A stretch of 52,600 bases of DNA, taken from positions 1 to 52,600 of the IMG/VR virus record IMGVR_UViG_3300009537_000015. One strand, 5' to 3'. Below the pieces are notes generated by a model. It saw only the letters and a program-made list of their open reading frames with translations, did no database searches and was not told where the DNA came from. The translations under genes were made by a program, and so were the position numbers. Every line of letters begins with the position of its first letter. The first letter of the stretch is position 1. Origin of the DNA: a virus (lineage: Duplodnaviria > Caudoviricetes). This document shows, piece by piece, positions 25,043 through 35,054 of the stretch.

Positions 25043-27891
25043 TGCTAAAAAATGTTTCTGATTTAGCAAGTCAAGATTTTTCTCAAGGCCTAAATACTGT
25101 TTCCAATATTTTTGCCGTAAACGAGAAACAGTCACCGAACATGATGGACGTCATTTCTAGGTTTGATGGGTCCATACAGAAACGTCTTGGGAGCAACAAG
25201 CAGAGTACGATTGATTCATCGGGAACGGTGCAGGTTGGTTTTGCGACGGATCTTGGCAGTTCTTTGACAAATGGGTTACAGGCTTTTTGGCCATTAGACG
25301 AGTCGGCTGGAAACAGAAGTGATCTTTTCGGTGGACACACGCTCATTGATGGCAACACGGTTCCTGGGGTTGCGGGTGTGCTTGGGAACGCGGGAAGTTT
25401 TACCGCGTCAAACAGTGAGTATTTACAGCACGCAAATTCCTCGACTTTGGCGACGGGGGATATTAATTTCTCAATGTCTGCTTGGTTTAATCTAACAACT
25501 ACAGGCGAGCGCACAATCATGTCAAAGCGCGATGAGGGTAGTGCGGCCACGCAGTTTGATTTATTGATGCACATGTCGGGTGCTCAGGGGTCTACGGTTT
25601 TTGCTGATTCTGGGAAACACGGGTTAACGGTAACCAGAAGTGGGAACGTTATCATAACGACTGGATTCTCGGCTTTTTCTGGGGGTACATCCGCTGAATT
25701 TGATGGGACAACGGATTCACTGACCGTTAACGCGCCCGCGGAATTTCAGATCGGAACAGATGATTTCACTTTCGATTTCAGGATTCGTTACAGAACGCAC
25801 ACGGCCGAAAAAAGCATGATCCGAATGGTTCCGTCGGTTAATAACCTTTTGTGGAACTGGCATGTTGTCGGTGGTGGCCGTTGGGACATTCAGGTTGCGG
25901 GACAGGGACAAAGCATAAATGTCTCAACCTCAACGGGCGCGTGGCATCACATGGCAATGATTCGCTCATCTGGTATTGTGAAGGTTTTTAAGGACGGCGT
26001 ACAGCAGGGCGTTGACTTGTCTGCGGCGGGGGCGGTCAGTGGCGGTGTTTTTAACATTGGCGCCAGTGAAACGCTTAGCCAGTCGTTAGATGGGTACATG
26101 GATGAAATTCGGTTCATTAACGGAAGCGCGGCATTTGTTCAGAACTTCACACCGCCGACTTCTGAGTACGGGTCTGGACAAGCAGCTGACCCAATGGAAT
26201 ATGAGTATTGGCTTTATGTGAACACTGACAACATCGTAACGTTTAAGGTTTCTTCAAGCGGGACTACCGATAATGGCACGATTAGAGCTACTGATTTTGG
26301 CGCGGTTTCGACCGCGACTTGGTATAACGTGGTTGCGTGGCACAACGCGACCGGGAACCAACTTGGAATCTCGGTTAATACGGTTGCGACATCGGCGGCT
26401 TATACTTCTGGTGTTCGGGCGGGATCGGCTCCGTTTGTTATAGGCGCGACCTCTGAGGGCGGTGCCGCGAAGATGAACGGAAAGATTGACGAGGTAGGGT
26501 TTTGGAAAAGTGTTTTAACGGCTAACGACAGGCTTAGTCTTTACAATTCAGGGAACGCAAGCAGGTTTACGGGCGCGGGTGGTGACGCGTCTATTTTTGG
26601 GTCTTTTGATTTTGGGGCGTCTAATATTAGATGGTTAGTTTACGCCGCCGCAACAGGACTGTACGCTTCTTCTGATCTTGGCGTGACAACAACTGTATTT
26701 GGGACTTCTCAAACGGCCACAACGAATCACTTTGAGAGATCTGGCTCTTTGTTAATTATAACGACCGATGCTTATGACAATGTTCTTAGATGGGATGGAT
26801 CTGGGGGGACGCACGCGGCTCTTCTCAACACGTCTGCTCCGTTAGCGAAGTATGCCATTAATCATCAGGGCTTCACGATTCTCCTAAACTCAAACACTCG
26901 CAAGCGCGGGTTCTTTTATGAGGATGTAAACACGCAACTGACTGGGGATTGGGGGGACAATTTTGATCTTCCGAGTTCCCAAGATGACGAGATTACGGGC
27001 GCGTTCGAGTTACGCAGAAACCTTTACGTTTCGACAAAGTACAGAATCTTTAGGGTTAGTTATGTCGGCGGGAACCCTGATTGGGATTTCTCCACGATTA
27101 AAAACTGGGGATTTGTTCCGCGAACGGCTAAGAAAATAACCCTCAAAGACATTGGGGAGGTTATCGTTGGTTTGAACTGGGACAGAAAATTAGTCCTTTT
27201 CGATGGGGCTGACGATAAGATCGTTTCGGACAATATCGAGAACGACAATGGGCAATGTGATTTTGCTTTAAACAGGATTAGTTTCGCGGGTTCTGGACTT
27301 TTCACGGCGCACGCAGAGGTTGACACCAACGAGCAGGTTTACAAGCTTAATTTAACGATAGGGTCGAACTCGACGAACACAACGCACCTTCTGAATTTTG
27401 ACGGCAGAACGTTAGCTTTTTATCCGTACCAGAATCAACCTTGGCAGACGATGGTGATGGCTGAAAGCGCGAACAGGCGTTACTTGCTAGCGGGTGACAG
27501 GTCAACGAATATCGTCATGTTGGATAGCGGGAACCTTGACATTAACACGACACCGATCAACGAGACATACGACTCGTCGTTTTACAAGGAGAAAAGCCCT
27601 TCTGAAGTTTCTAAGGCGCACGTTATGGATCTTTATTTTTCAGCAACGTCTTCGGGCCGAATGTTTTATCAGGATCGCGCTGTTCTTGGTGGTGGTTTTT
27701 CAACTAGAAGGACATTCAATTTAACAGACACTGGGAATTTTATACAACTAAAAGAACAAATGGACATTCCGTTAACACACAACATTTACCAGTTCAGATT
27801 ACAGTCTTCGGCAAACACGGCTAACCCTTGGACGCTTAACAGGGCTGACTTCTTTGTTTCGGGTAAGGGCATTGGGAGAAACGATGGCTAA
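25042..27891 (+). CDS. tail nozzle / stabilisation protein with inserted LamG domains
   Basis: DFS.GLN...SP.M.DV...G.I.KR.G N-terminus and beta-propeller-like C-half; LamG signatures AFWPLDE, GYMDEIRF, GKIDEVGFW. Confidence 0.75.
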   Translation: MLKNVSDLASQDFSQGLNTVSNIFAVNEKQSPNMMDVISRFDGSIQKRLGSNKQSTIDSSGTVQVGFATDLGSSLTNGLQAFWPLDESAGNRSDLFGGHTLIDGNTVPGVAGVLGNAGSFTASNSEYLQHANSSTLATGDINFSMSAWFNLTTTGERTIMSKRDEGSAATQFDLLMHMSGAQGSTVFADSGKHGLTVTRSGNVIITTGFSAFSGGTSAEFDGTTDSLTVNAPAEFQIGTDDFTFDFRIRYRTHTAEKSMIRMVPSVNNLLWNWHVVGGGRWDIQVAGQGQSINVSTSTGAWHHMAMIRSSGIVKVFKDGVQQGVDLSAAGAVSGGVFNIGASETLSQSLDGYMDEIRFINGSAAFVQNFTPPTSEYGSGQAADPMEYEYWLYVNTDNIVTFKVSSSGTTDNGTIRATDFGAVSTATWYNVVAWHNATGNQLGISVNTVATSAAYTSGVRAGSAPFVIGATSEGGAAKMNGKIDEVGFWKSVLTANDRLSLYNSGNASRFTGAGGDASIFGSFDFGASNIRWLVYAAATGLYASSDLGVTTTVFGTSQTATTNHFERSGSLLIITTDAYDNVLRWDGSGGTHAALLNTSAPLAKYAINHQGFTILLNSNTRKRGFFYEDVNTQLTGDWGDNFDLPSSQDDEITGAFELRRNLYVSTKYRIFRVSYVGGNPDWDFSTIKNWGFVPRTAKKITLKDIGEVIVGLNWDRKLVLFDGADDKIVSDNIENDNGQCDFALNRISFAGSGLFTAHAEVDTNEQVYKLNLTIGSNSTNTTHLLNFDGRTLAFYPYQNQPWQTMVMAESANRRYLLAGDRSTNIVMLDSGNLDINTTPINETYDSSFYKEKSPSEVSKAHVMDLYFSATSSGRMFYQDRAVLGGGFSTRRTFNLTDTGNFIQLKEQMDIPLTHNIYQFRLQSSANTANPWTLNRADFFVSGKGIGRNDG

Positions 27892-28132
27892 GATCCTTCG
27901 CCCTGAACTTCGCGGAGAAAAACAAGAACTGATAGATGTCATTGACAAGATATTAGAGGTTTTAAATTTCGGGAAAACGCAGTTTACGGTTGTTAGTTCG
28001 GTTCCGACTTTTCGGGGACGAGCGGGAGAACTGGTTATTTTCCAGAACGGAACAGACGGAAGGCTTTACATTAACACGAAGGACGACACAGCGACATGGT
28101 CATTGGCAGCACTATACACAGCGTCGACCTAG
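27884..28132 (+). CDS. small tail-associated protein
   Basis: overlaps the nozzle stop; VP...GE.......RLYI motif. Confidence 0.6.
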   Translation: MAKILRPELRGEKQELIDVIDKILEVLNFGKTQFTVVSSVPTFRGRAGELVIFQNGTDGRLYINTKDDTATWSLAALYTAST

Positions 28133-28512
28133 AAATACTGAAGTTTCTTGGGGAGATGGGGATTCGTTATCCTGACAACAAGATCGGGAAGGCTATCGAA
28201 TATGTTGAGAAAATGCGTAACAGTAGTCGCATTGTCAGTGTTCGTGATGATGACGTTCTTCATTCTATTGTGTTTTTCTCTGTTTGTAAAGACATTAAAC
28301 CTTTTTACAAGAAAGAGACGTGGGATTACCGCACCCATGAATATGACGGCACTATCGCTTATATCGAGAAGGCGGCGTCTAAGGGTTGGACGAAACAGAT
28401 AAGAAAAAACATTCAACGCGTCATTTTAAAACTGCATCCTAAAGTAAAGGAAGCAAGATGGCATCGTTGGGGCAAAAAGGGAGACAGACCAGTGATCGGG
28501 AGGGTGTTTTAA
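28096..28512 (+). CDS. hypothetical protein (possible GNAT-like tail assembly factor)
   Basis: position between nozzle and ejection proteins; acyltransferase-like alpha/beta pattern. Confidence 0.45.
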   Translation: MVIGSTIHSVDLEILKFLGEMGIRYPDNKIGKAIEYVEKMRNSSRIVSVRDDDVLHSIVFFSVCKDIKPFYKKETWDYRTHEYDGTIAYIEKAASKGWTKQIRKNIQRVILKLHPKVKEARWHRWGKKGDRPVIGRVF

Positions 28513-29276
28513 TGGGTGTACCAGAGACGAGAGCGAAAGACAGACAGCAGTTTGGGGAACAGGAAGATATCACAAATACGATTGCCGCATTAATTGGGGG
28601 CGGTGAGTTTTCCCCAGATCGCGGTGTAGCGGGAAGCCCAACTGACAGAGTTCGCAGAGCGCAATTGACGAATCTTAGGACTTTTCTGCAACCCCACCAA
28701 CAACAAACGCGAGGGAATAGAGGCGGTGGCGCAGATCTTCAGCTTGGCGGCCAGAGGCTTGGTCAAATTGTTCAGACTCTATTAGCTATTCGTCAGGGGG
28801 TAGACCCCCAAACACTTCCGTTCGCTCCAGATGCGAATTTGTTTGGGACGACCCTGAGCGAATTCAGAACTAGCGCAAAACAACAGGGGCAAAACAGGGT
28901 AAGTGTTCCTAGCTCAAGCATTTTTTCTAACACCTCATTCAATAATGCCTTAAAGCAGTTTGGTGTCCCTAACGCACCGACAGGAGGACAGCCTTTACCA
29001 AGTCCTTCGATACAGCAACCGCAAGGCCCTGATCTGAGTGGGAATCCCACGAGCGCAACACCGACATTACCGCAACTAACGGCTGTCCCGAACACACTGG
29101 CACAAAGCGTAACCCCTGGTGGACAGGGCGTAACAGGAAGTGCTGCGGGTCAGTTTAGAGCGAGACTGAACGAACCGCTTGGCGGGGGGATCAACCAAAC
29201 GCCATTAAACTCATTTAACAACCAACAAAATCGTAGGCAAAGCGGCTTCTTTGCTGGAAGGGCACTGAGGTTTTAA
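28512..29276 (+). CDS. putative internal virion/ejection protein
   Basis: Q/G/P-rich low-complexity protein at the podovirus ejection-protein position. Confidence 0.55.
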   Translation: MGVPETRAKDRQQFGEQEDITNTIAALIGGGEFSPDRGVAGSPTDRVRRAQLTNLRTFLQPHQQQTRGNRGGGADLQLGGQRLGQIVQTLLAIRQGVDPQTLPFAPDANLFGTTLSEFRTSAKQQGQNRVSVPSSSIFSNTSFNNALKQFGVPNAPTGGQPLPSPSIQQPQGPDLSGNPTSATPTLPQLTAVPNTLAQSVTPGGQGVTGSAAGQFRARLNEPLGGGINQTPLNSFNNQQNRRQSGFFAGRALRF

Positions 29277-29278
29277 TT

Positions 29279-30940
29279 ATGTACACAATCAAAGTATTAT
29301 CCGATAAAGAATTTGACAATCTTCCCCAAACCGTCACAAGAGGTTCCGACATTTCTGATTCTCTTGGATTTGCCAATCCCTTTAGGGGAGAGGCGTTTGT
29401 TCGTTATACGGGACACCCTGAGCTTCAGAAATATCTAATTGACCATGAGTTTGAGGAATTGGTTGAAGGCCATGAAGGTCACGAGGATGAGAACGGGATT
29501 CGACACAAGAAATTTCGGCAAGTTATTGGCGGATTAGCCCCTATTGTTGCTCCTATTCTTGGCGCGGCGATTCCCGGGCTTGGTCCAGTTCTTGGTTCGG
29601 CTCTTGGTGGGGCCGCTGGCGGTGCGTTGCGTGGAGGAATCGGTGGAGACAAGCGGAGTCTCGGCGGTGCTTTGAAAGGTGGCGCTATCGGTGGCGCTCT
29701 TGGCGCTGCGGGTGGAAAGCTCACTGGTGGATTCGGGGTCGGCACAAAAGCAACTGGAGGAAGTTTTCTTGGAAATTTTGGAAGCAATCTCGCAACCCAG
29801 GCAAAGAGCGCGTTCGGGTTAAAGAACTTTCTCGGCGGGACTTCCCGTGCTACACAAGCGGGTTCTCAACTTTCCTCAACTGGCACTGGGTTACCTGGCG
29901 GACTTCCGTTGCAATCGTTTGGACTGACTCCGAGTGCGTCGCAGATTTCCAGTATCCCAGGCCTTTCTGCGGGCAATGCGTCTTTTAATTTTATCGGATC
30001 TCAGAATCCGTTGGGTGGAAATTCTATTAGAGATTTTGGGTTAGGTGGGCGTGAACAGTTGCAAGGCGCTGGTTTTAATCTTCCCCCCATTTCTGGTGGA
30101 ACGGCTCCGCAGATTCCCCAAAACCCTCAGACCGCTCAATTTCAACTAGCGGGTCAAGGCGGTGGTTCTGGCGGCACCCCTCCTGGGGCGGTGAGTCGCA
30201 ATGTTGGGAAGGCGGGCGCTCAAACGGGTGCGCAAACAGGAACTGGTGAAGCCCAGGGAGTTCTTGAAAAAGCGTTTGGGAAAGGAAAAGAGTTTTTCGG
30301 CGATCCCCAAAATCTCCTTGGAACAGCGTTGCTTGGTGGCGGGTTGCTCAAACAATTTCCCGAAGCTCCTGACATTTCCGCACAAACCCAACAGCTTCGT
30401 CAACAAGTCGGTGGCGGACCATTGGGCGAACAGGCAAGGGGAGTATTGTCTCAAAACTTAGACAGACAATTTGAACCGTTGTCTGACGAGGAAATCACGG
30501 CTGTTACACGTGACATTGACAGGCAAGAAGAAGAAGCGAAAGAGCGCGTTCGCGAGACATTTAGAAACGTTCGCCCAGGAACCTCGGAACTTACCGACAC
30601 GGCCCTTGCTCAAGAACTAAGAAATGTAGAGCGTGAATTCGCGCAACTAAGAGAAGATGCAATTGCTGGCAGAACAAGAACGGCAGAAGACAGATTCAGA
30701 TCTCAACAGTTAGCTGACATCCAGACGGCTATCGGTGCAAGTGACCAGGAATTTAATCAACTTGCTCAAATTGCACAACTTGATGTTAACCAAATTGCAC
30801 AGCAACTGCAACTAGATATTGAGCAGGCACAATTGTTCAAGGAGACTATGTTGGGTCTTGGGCAACGGGCATTGTTCCCTCAGCCAACCTTAGCGGACAC
30901 GCTCGGGCAGTTTAAAGGCGTGTTGGGGGGTAATGAATAA
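29279..30940 (+). CDS. putative DNA ejection (pilot) protein with glycine zipper
   Basis: GxxxG-rich hydrophobic segment followed by Q-rich helical region. Confidence 0.65.
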   Translation: MYTIKVLSDKEFDNLPQTVTRGSDISDSLGFANPFRGEAFVRYTGHPELQKYLIDHEFEELVEGHEGHEDENGIRHKKFRQVIGGLAPIVAPILGAAIPGLGPVLGSALGGAAGGALRGGIGGDKRSLGGALKGGAIGGALGAAGGKLTGGFGVGTKATGGSFLGNFGSNLATQAKSAFGLKNFLGGTSRATQAGSQLSSTGTGLPGGLPLQSFGLTPSASQISSIPGLSAGNASFNFIGSQNPLGGNSIRDFGLGGREQLQGAGFNLPPISGGTAPQIPQNPQTAQFQLAGQGGGSGGTPPGAVSRNVGKAGAQTGAQTGTGEAQGVLEKAFGKGKEFFGDPQNLLGTALLGGGLLKQFPEAPDISAQTQQLRQQVGGGPLGEQARGVLSQNLDRQFEPLSDEEITAVTRDIDRQEEEAKERVRETFRNVRPGTSELTDTALAQELRNVEREFAQLREDAIAGRTRTAEDRFRSQQLADIQTAIGASDQEFNQLAQIAQLDVNQIAQQLQLDIEQAQLFKETMLGLGQRALFPQPTLADTLGQFKGVLGGNE

Positions 30941-31785
30941 TGGTAGAAATTAGACGAACAAAAAACCCCTTCGCAGGTGGGGGGTCCTCGTCTCAGAATG
31001 TTCCTGGTTTGGGGGCGCTTCTTGGATTTGTGCTTGGTCAACAAAACGCTGGAAATATTGGTCAAAGAGCCACGAACGTAAAGGATCAAATTGATGAGGC
31101 TTTTCCCGATGGTGCGCCTCCCGGGACACAAATTAATGTTGGTAAGGAAACGACTGCCAAGATTCCGATTAACAGAGAATTTACAATTGAGGAAGTGCGT
31201 TCTCTTGGAATGTCGGATGCGTTTAAGGCGCACGTAAAGTCCATTCAATCTCAACAGGCCAATCCAGAAAAATTTAGGGAAACTTTTGGCGCGGCAACTT
31301 TTCGTTTGCCTGGTGGCGAAAAAATTGGACAAGTCGGCCCGTTCTCCACATCGTTTGGAAATAAAGATGCCCAATTGATGAAATTTAGGCTTAAAGATAT
31401 GTCTGATCGTCTTTTGAGGCTTAGATCGGGTGCTCAAATTAATGAGCAAGAATTTCTGAGGCTCACGGGTCTTTTGCCAACATTTGAGGATATCAGTGAC
31501 CCTAGTGATGTTAATTTTGATGTTGTTAACACGAAGCTAAACACGTTTCTTCAAGAAATGGACGCAACTCGACAGCGCATTCTTTCTGGGCAAGCATTTG
31601 ATGATGATGGTAATGCCGTTGTTTACAACGAAGGTTATTGGGGTCCGTCTGGAAATCCCATTAACCAGGCGGTCTCTGGTGGGGTAAACGTTCCCACCAA
31701 AATCGAGGTAATGCGAAACGGGGTGGCTGGGGAACTTGACTCAATGGATGAATTTGATCCAACAACAGACAGGCTGGTGGAATAA
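30940..31785 (+). CDS. putative internal virion/ejection protein
   Basis: LLRLRSGAQINEQEF.RL..LLP motif common in ejection proteins; translationally coupled. Confidence 0.6.
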   Translation: MVEIRRTKNPFAGGGSSSQNVPGLGALLGFVLGQQNAGNIGQRATNVKDQIDEAFPDGAPPGTQINVGKETTAKIPINREFTIEEVRSLGMSDAFKAHVKSIQSQQANPEKFRETFGAATFRLPGGEKIGQVGPFSTSFGNKDAQLMKFRLKDMSDRLLRLRSGAQINEQEFLRLTGLLPTFEDISDPSDVNFDVVNTKLNTFLQEMDATRQRILSGQAFDDDGNAVVYNEGYWGPSGNPINQAVSGGVNVPTKIEVMRNGVAGELDSMDEFDPTTDRLVE

Positions 31786-33446
31786 TGGCGTTTAGACCAC
31801 ACAATTCTGAAAACATTTTACAGAAAGCGGTTGGGGCGCTCGGTTCTGGTTCTCTAATTGGGCAAGCTGCAGACGTTCCACTGGTTGACAAACCGAAAGT
31901 GCTCTTTAACACCGCCCAAGGGGTTATTGGGAATTTACCCCAAAACGTAATGGAGAATCCACAGGCTTTCGCCATGGGTGGACTTCCTGGCGTTCAGGCC
32001 GCGGCTGGTGCGATTTCAGGCGAAGATATTAATAATTTGGGGAGGTCTGTTCTTAGCAGGTTTGGCGTTGGCTCTGGGGAACAAACGGATCTATTCCAGA
32101 GGGAACGTGGGGCACTTGCTAATATTGGGCAAATCACATCTCGCGTTTTGTTCCAACCAACTAGCGCACAGGGTCAAGCGATATCAACGATTGGTAATAT
32201 AGCAGCGGGCTCTGTTCCTATAGCCGCACCCACTGGGGTCGCTCGTAGCGTTGCCGGCACTGGGAAAATGGCCGCCCGAGCTCTAGACGCCGTTGACCCC
32301 TTTGGTGAGATGATTGAAAAGTCTAAAATTCCCGCTCAAATGGCCAGAAAGCAACGTTTTATCCGCAATAAATTTTCCAGTAAATTGAAACCAATTGAAG
32401 AAAAAATAACAAGGGTAACTGGTCGTTTGGGCAGGGCGAAGCGCGGCCTTGAACAACGAAAGGAGAGTTTGAGCCTCCAACAGCAAATTGCGAAACAATC
32501 CTTAAAAAAACAACTCCAAGCCACCAACCGTAAATTAGATGAAGAGTTAGAGTCTATTGTTTTTACTGGGGAGCGTGACATTAGGGATAAAGTTCAAAAT
32601 ATATTTAAGGCTGGAAATAAAGAGTTTGGTAAGCGCCTAGATGAGCTTCAATCTGATATGAGCACCGATGATTTTATTGGAATCTTAGACGAAACCGCAG
32701 ATGAACTTGGTTTCAATCTTGGGTCTATTGAAACGGGAGAGGGTGTTGAAAAAAGCGTGGGTCTTGTTGGCGGTTCTTCTGATAAGATCAGAAAACTTCG
32801 GGATACTTTTGCCAACAGATTTGGCGAAGGCGGAACAAGCCTTAATGCCAGACAGGTGAACCTACAGGCGAAGCTTATTAAGGACACCCTTGGTAAAGAT
32901 GAGGTTGCTAAAACGATTTTTAATCAAAAATTTGTAGATAGAATTTCGGAAGGCGTTGATGGGCTTCAGGACCTTAGAGCAGAGCACGCAAAACTGTTTG
33001 AGAAGGCCAAGCAAGCAAAGGCGTTCAAGGGCGCTACCCAGATTCGTCGCGCTGGGGGTAAAGGGAACCCAATATCTCCAGAAGAGTTTGAGGAACTTAG
33101 CAAAGCTGAAAAAGCACTAGGAACAAACGTTTTCCCAAGGGCCAAGGCATTGGCCGAGAAGCGGCTCGCGTCTGATCTTGGCGTTGATGTGGCCGCCATA
33201 AAGAGGGCTGGTTCTAAACGTATAGCCCAGCTTGAACAACAGCTAGAGGCGCTTGGTGGCGAAAAAAAAGCCATTTTGTCGAGGGCCCGAAAGATCGCTG
33301 CTAATGTCAGTGAAAATTTTAGATTAAAAAGAGCGAAACTGAGCGAAAAGCAATTACAAGCCGTTAAAAACGACGCTATTATTGGTGTTACCTTGAGTTT
33401 GCTTGGCTTTAATTTTATTAGGAATATTATCGGTAGAAAGTTTTAA
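31785..33446 (+). CDS. putative internal virion/ejection protein
   Basis: helical A/K/E-rich 553-aa protein ending the structural operon. Confidence 0.55.
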   Translation: MAFRPHNSENILQKAVGALGSGSLIGQAADVPLVDKPKVLFNTAQGVIGNLPQNVMENPQAFAMGGLPGVQAAAGAISGEDINNLGRSVLSRFGVGSGEQTDLFQRERGALANIGQITSRVLFQPTSAQGQAISTIGNIAAGSVPIAAPTGVARSVAGTGKMAARALDAVDPFGEMIEKSKIPAQMARKQRFIRNKFSSKLKPIEEKITRVTGRLGRAKRGLEQRKESLSLQQQIAKQSLKKQLQATNRKLDEELESIVFTGERDIRDKVQNIFKAGNKEFGKRLDELQSDMSTDDFIGILDETADELGFNLGSIETGEGVEKSVGLVGGSSDKIRKLRDTFANRFGEGGTSLNARQVNLQAKLIKDTLGKDEVAKTIFNQKFVDRISEGVDGLQDLRAEHAKLFEKAKQAKAFKGATQIRRAGGKGNPISPEEFEELSKAEKALGTNVFPRAKALAEKRLASDLGVDVAAIKRAGSKRIAQLEQQLEALGGEKKAILSRARKIAANVSENFRLKRAKLSEKQLQAVKNDAIIGVTLSLLGFNFIRNIIGRKF

Positions 33447-33453
33447 TTAATAC

Positions 33454-33481
33454 TTGACAAGTAACCGATTATATGTATACT
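33454..33481 (+). promoter_or_regulatory. near-consensus sigma70 promoter for the glycosylation operon (probable leaderless mRNA)
   Basis: TTGACA-16nt-TATACT with GTG start 7 nt downstream and no SD. Confidence 0.65.
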
Positions 33482-33488
33482 ACTTTTC

Positions 33489-35054
33489 GTGGGATACATT
33501 TCGGAACTCTTATCATACCAGACTTGTCAAGGTTTTCTCTTAGTTTTAGGGGCTTTCATGGTTGCATGGGTGCCCATGCTGTGGGGGAAGTGGGTGTCGG
33601 ATGATTGGCAGGGAGTGGACCAATTTTCCGATAAATTTGACCAGAAGACCAAGAAATTAGTCGTTGAGTATGGCGACAAGAAGAAGTACAAAAACACCCA
33701 GTTCAATCCCGACGTTGGTTTCCCTGGTTCGGTAATACGTTGGTTTCGCATCAACGTTGGCAAAACCTATAAAAAGCTTGGCTCAGACGAGAAGGGGCAT
33801 GATTTATATGGGTACGCTCAAGACCCATTTAAACACCATCTTCTCTCTCTTTTCATACATGCAGTAAACACCCTCCTGGTATATCTTTTAATCTTTCAAT
33901 TATTTGGCCTCAAGTTAGCGGTAATGGCGACTGTGTTATTTGTGGTGCATCCTGTCAGTTGTCAGGCGGTCGCCTGGATTTCGGGGATTGGATACCTAAC
34001 CTGCTTGCTTGGGGCCAGCGCTTCTTATTTAACGGTTTTAAATGTTGAGAACCTTTACTTGCAATTACCGTTAGTTTTGGCGTTTTCCGTTCTTTCTCAG
34101 TCTGGACTGTTTTGCGGCTCATTGAACTGGATAATTCTGCTTTATCTCGGGCATTATCCCGCCGCGATTGTTTCGTTTATTTGTTTCCTTGTTTTTGGCA
34201 TAAAGTTAGGCAAGAAAATCGTGAACCTTAGAGTGTCCGAATTCAAGAAACAGAACATGGAAAAATCAACAGTTGTTCATTGGCGCAAACTTGTGGTAAT
34301 GGCGAAGACTCTTTGGTATTATGTTCGGTTAGTTGTGTTCCCCAAAAGGCTCGGATTATTCCATAAGTGGGGATACCACTATGATGACGCGATTGAGAAA
34401 GTTGACTTTTGCGCTTTGGCTGGGTTTGTTGTCGGTTGTGTGTTATTGAGTGGGTTGTTCCTTGGTGTCCCAGTCATAAGTTTTGCGATCCTTTGGTGTT
34501 TGGTTTATTACGCGACCTTTTCAAATTTTATTACCGCCATGCAGTTTGTTGCTGATAGATATGCTTTCCTCCCCTCTCTCGGGTACAGCCTGATCTTAGC
34601 TCACTTTTTACAAGATTATCCTGCTTTGTGGGCGTTCTTGGTCGGGCTGTACCTTTGCCGAACGTGGGTGCATATTCCGACGTTTGATAATGAGATCAGT
34701 TTTTACCGTTCTAATATATGGAACTTTCCTGACTCCGAGGTTGCGTGGGGGAACATGGGGGTTACGTATATGCACCGGGGCATGGCGGGAACGGCTGTGG
34801 ACTGTTGGAACAAGGCGATACATCTAAACAAACATTATGACGTTCCGCATTACAACCTGTATTCTATTATGAAAAGCAACGGTCAGTTCGAGATAGCCGT
34901 TAATCATCTAAGGGAGTGTCTTAACGCAAAAACAGTGCATTTCAAGGAAGCTTGGGAAAAAGAAATGAAACAAATCAACACGGTCATGGAGTTGAGAAAA
35001 CCCCTTGATCATTTTACAAAACAAATAAGAGTCGGTATGGGGGTATTTAAGTGA
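33489..35054 (+). CDS. TMTC-like GT-C membrane glycosyltransferase with C-terminal TPRs
   Basis: WVSDD acidic motif after TM1, HLLSLFIHAVN, LFVVHPVSCQAVAWISG, ADRYAFLPSLG, then TPR helices. Confidence 0.85.
   Translation: MGYISELLSYQTCQGFLLVLGAFMVAWVPMLWGKWVSDDWQGVDQFSDKFDQKTKKLVVEYGDKKKYKNTQFNPDVGFPGSVIRWFRINVGKTYKKLGSDEKGHDLYGYAQDPFKHHLLSLFIHAVNTLLVYLLIFQLFGLKLAVMATVLFVVHPVSCQAVAWISGIGYLTCLLGASASYLTVLNVENLYLQLPLVLAFSVLSQSGLFCGSLNWIILLYLGHYPAAIVSFICFLVFGIKLGKKIVNLRVSEFKKQNMEKSTVVHWRKLVVMAKTLWYYVRLVVFPKRLGLFHKWGYHYDDAIEKVDFCALAGFVVGCVLLSGLFLGVPVISFAILWCLVYYATFSNFITAMQFVADRYAFLPSLGYSLILAHFLQDYPALWAFLVGLYLCRTWVHIPTFDNEISFYRSNIWNFPDSEVAWGNMGVTYMHRGMAGTAVDCWNKAIHLNKHYDVPHYNLYSIMKSNGQFEIAVNHLRECLNAKTVHFKEAWEKEMKQINTVMELRKPLDHFTKQIRVGMGVFK

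Noticed and set aside
25042-27891. Enrichment of N-x-S/T sequons in the nozzle
   Set aside because: A rough count is close to what the high Asn and Ser/Thr content predicts, and no oligosaccharyltransferase WWDYG motif was seen
11380-33274. Many minus-strand ORFs within the structural module
   Set aside because: Shadow ORFs antisense to well-supported genes, with no motifs
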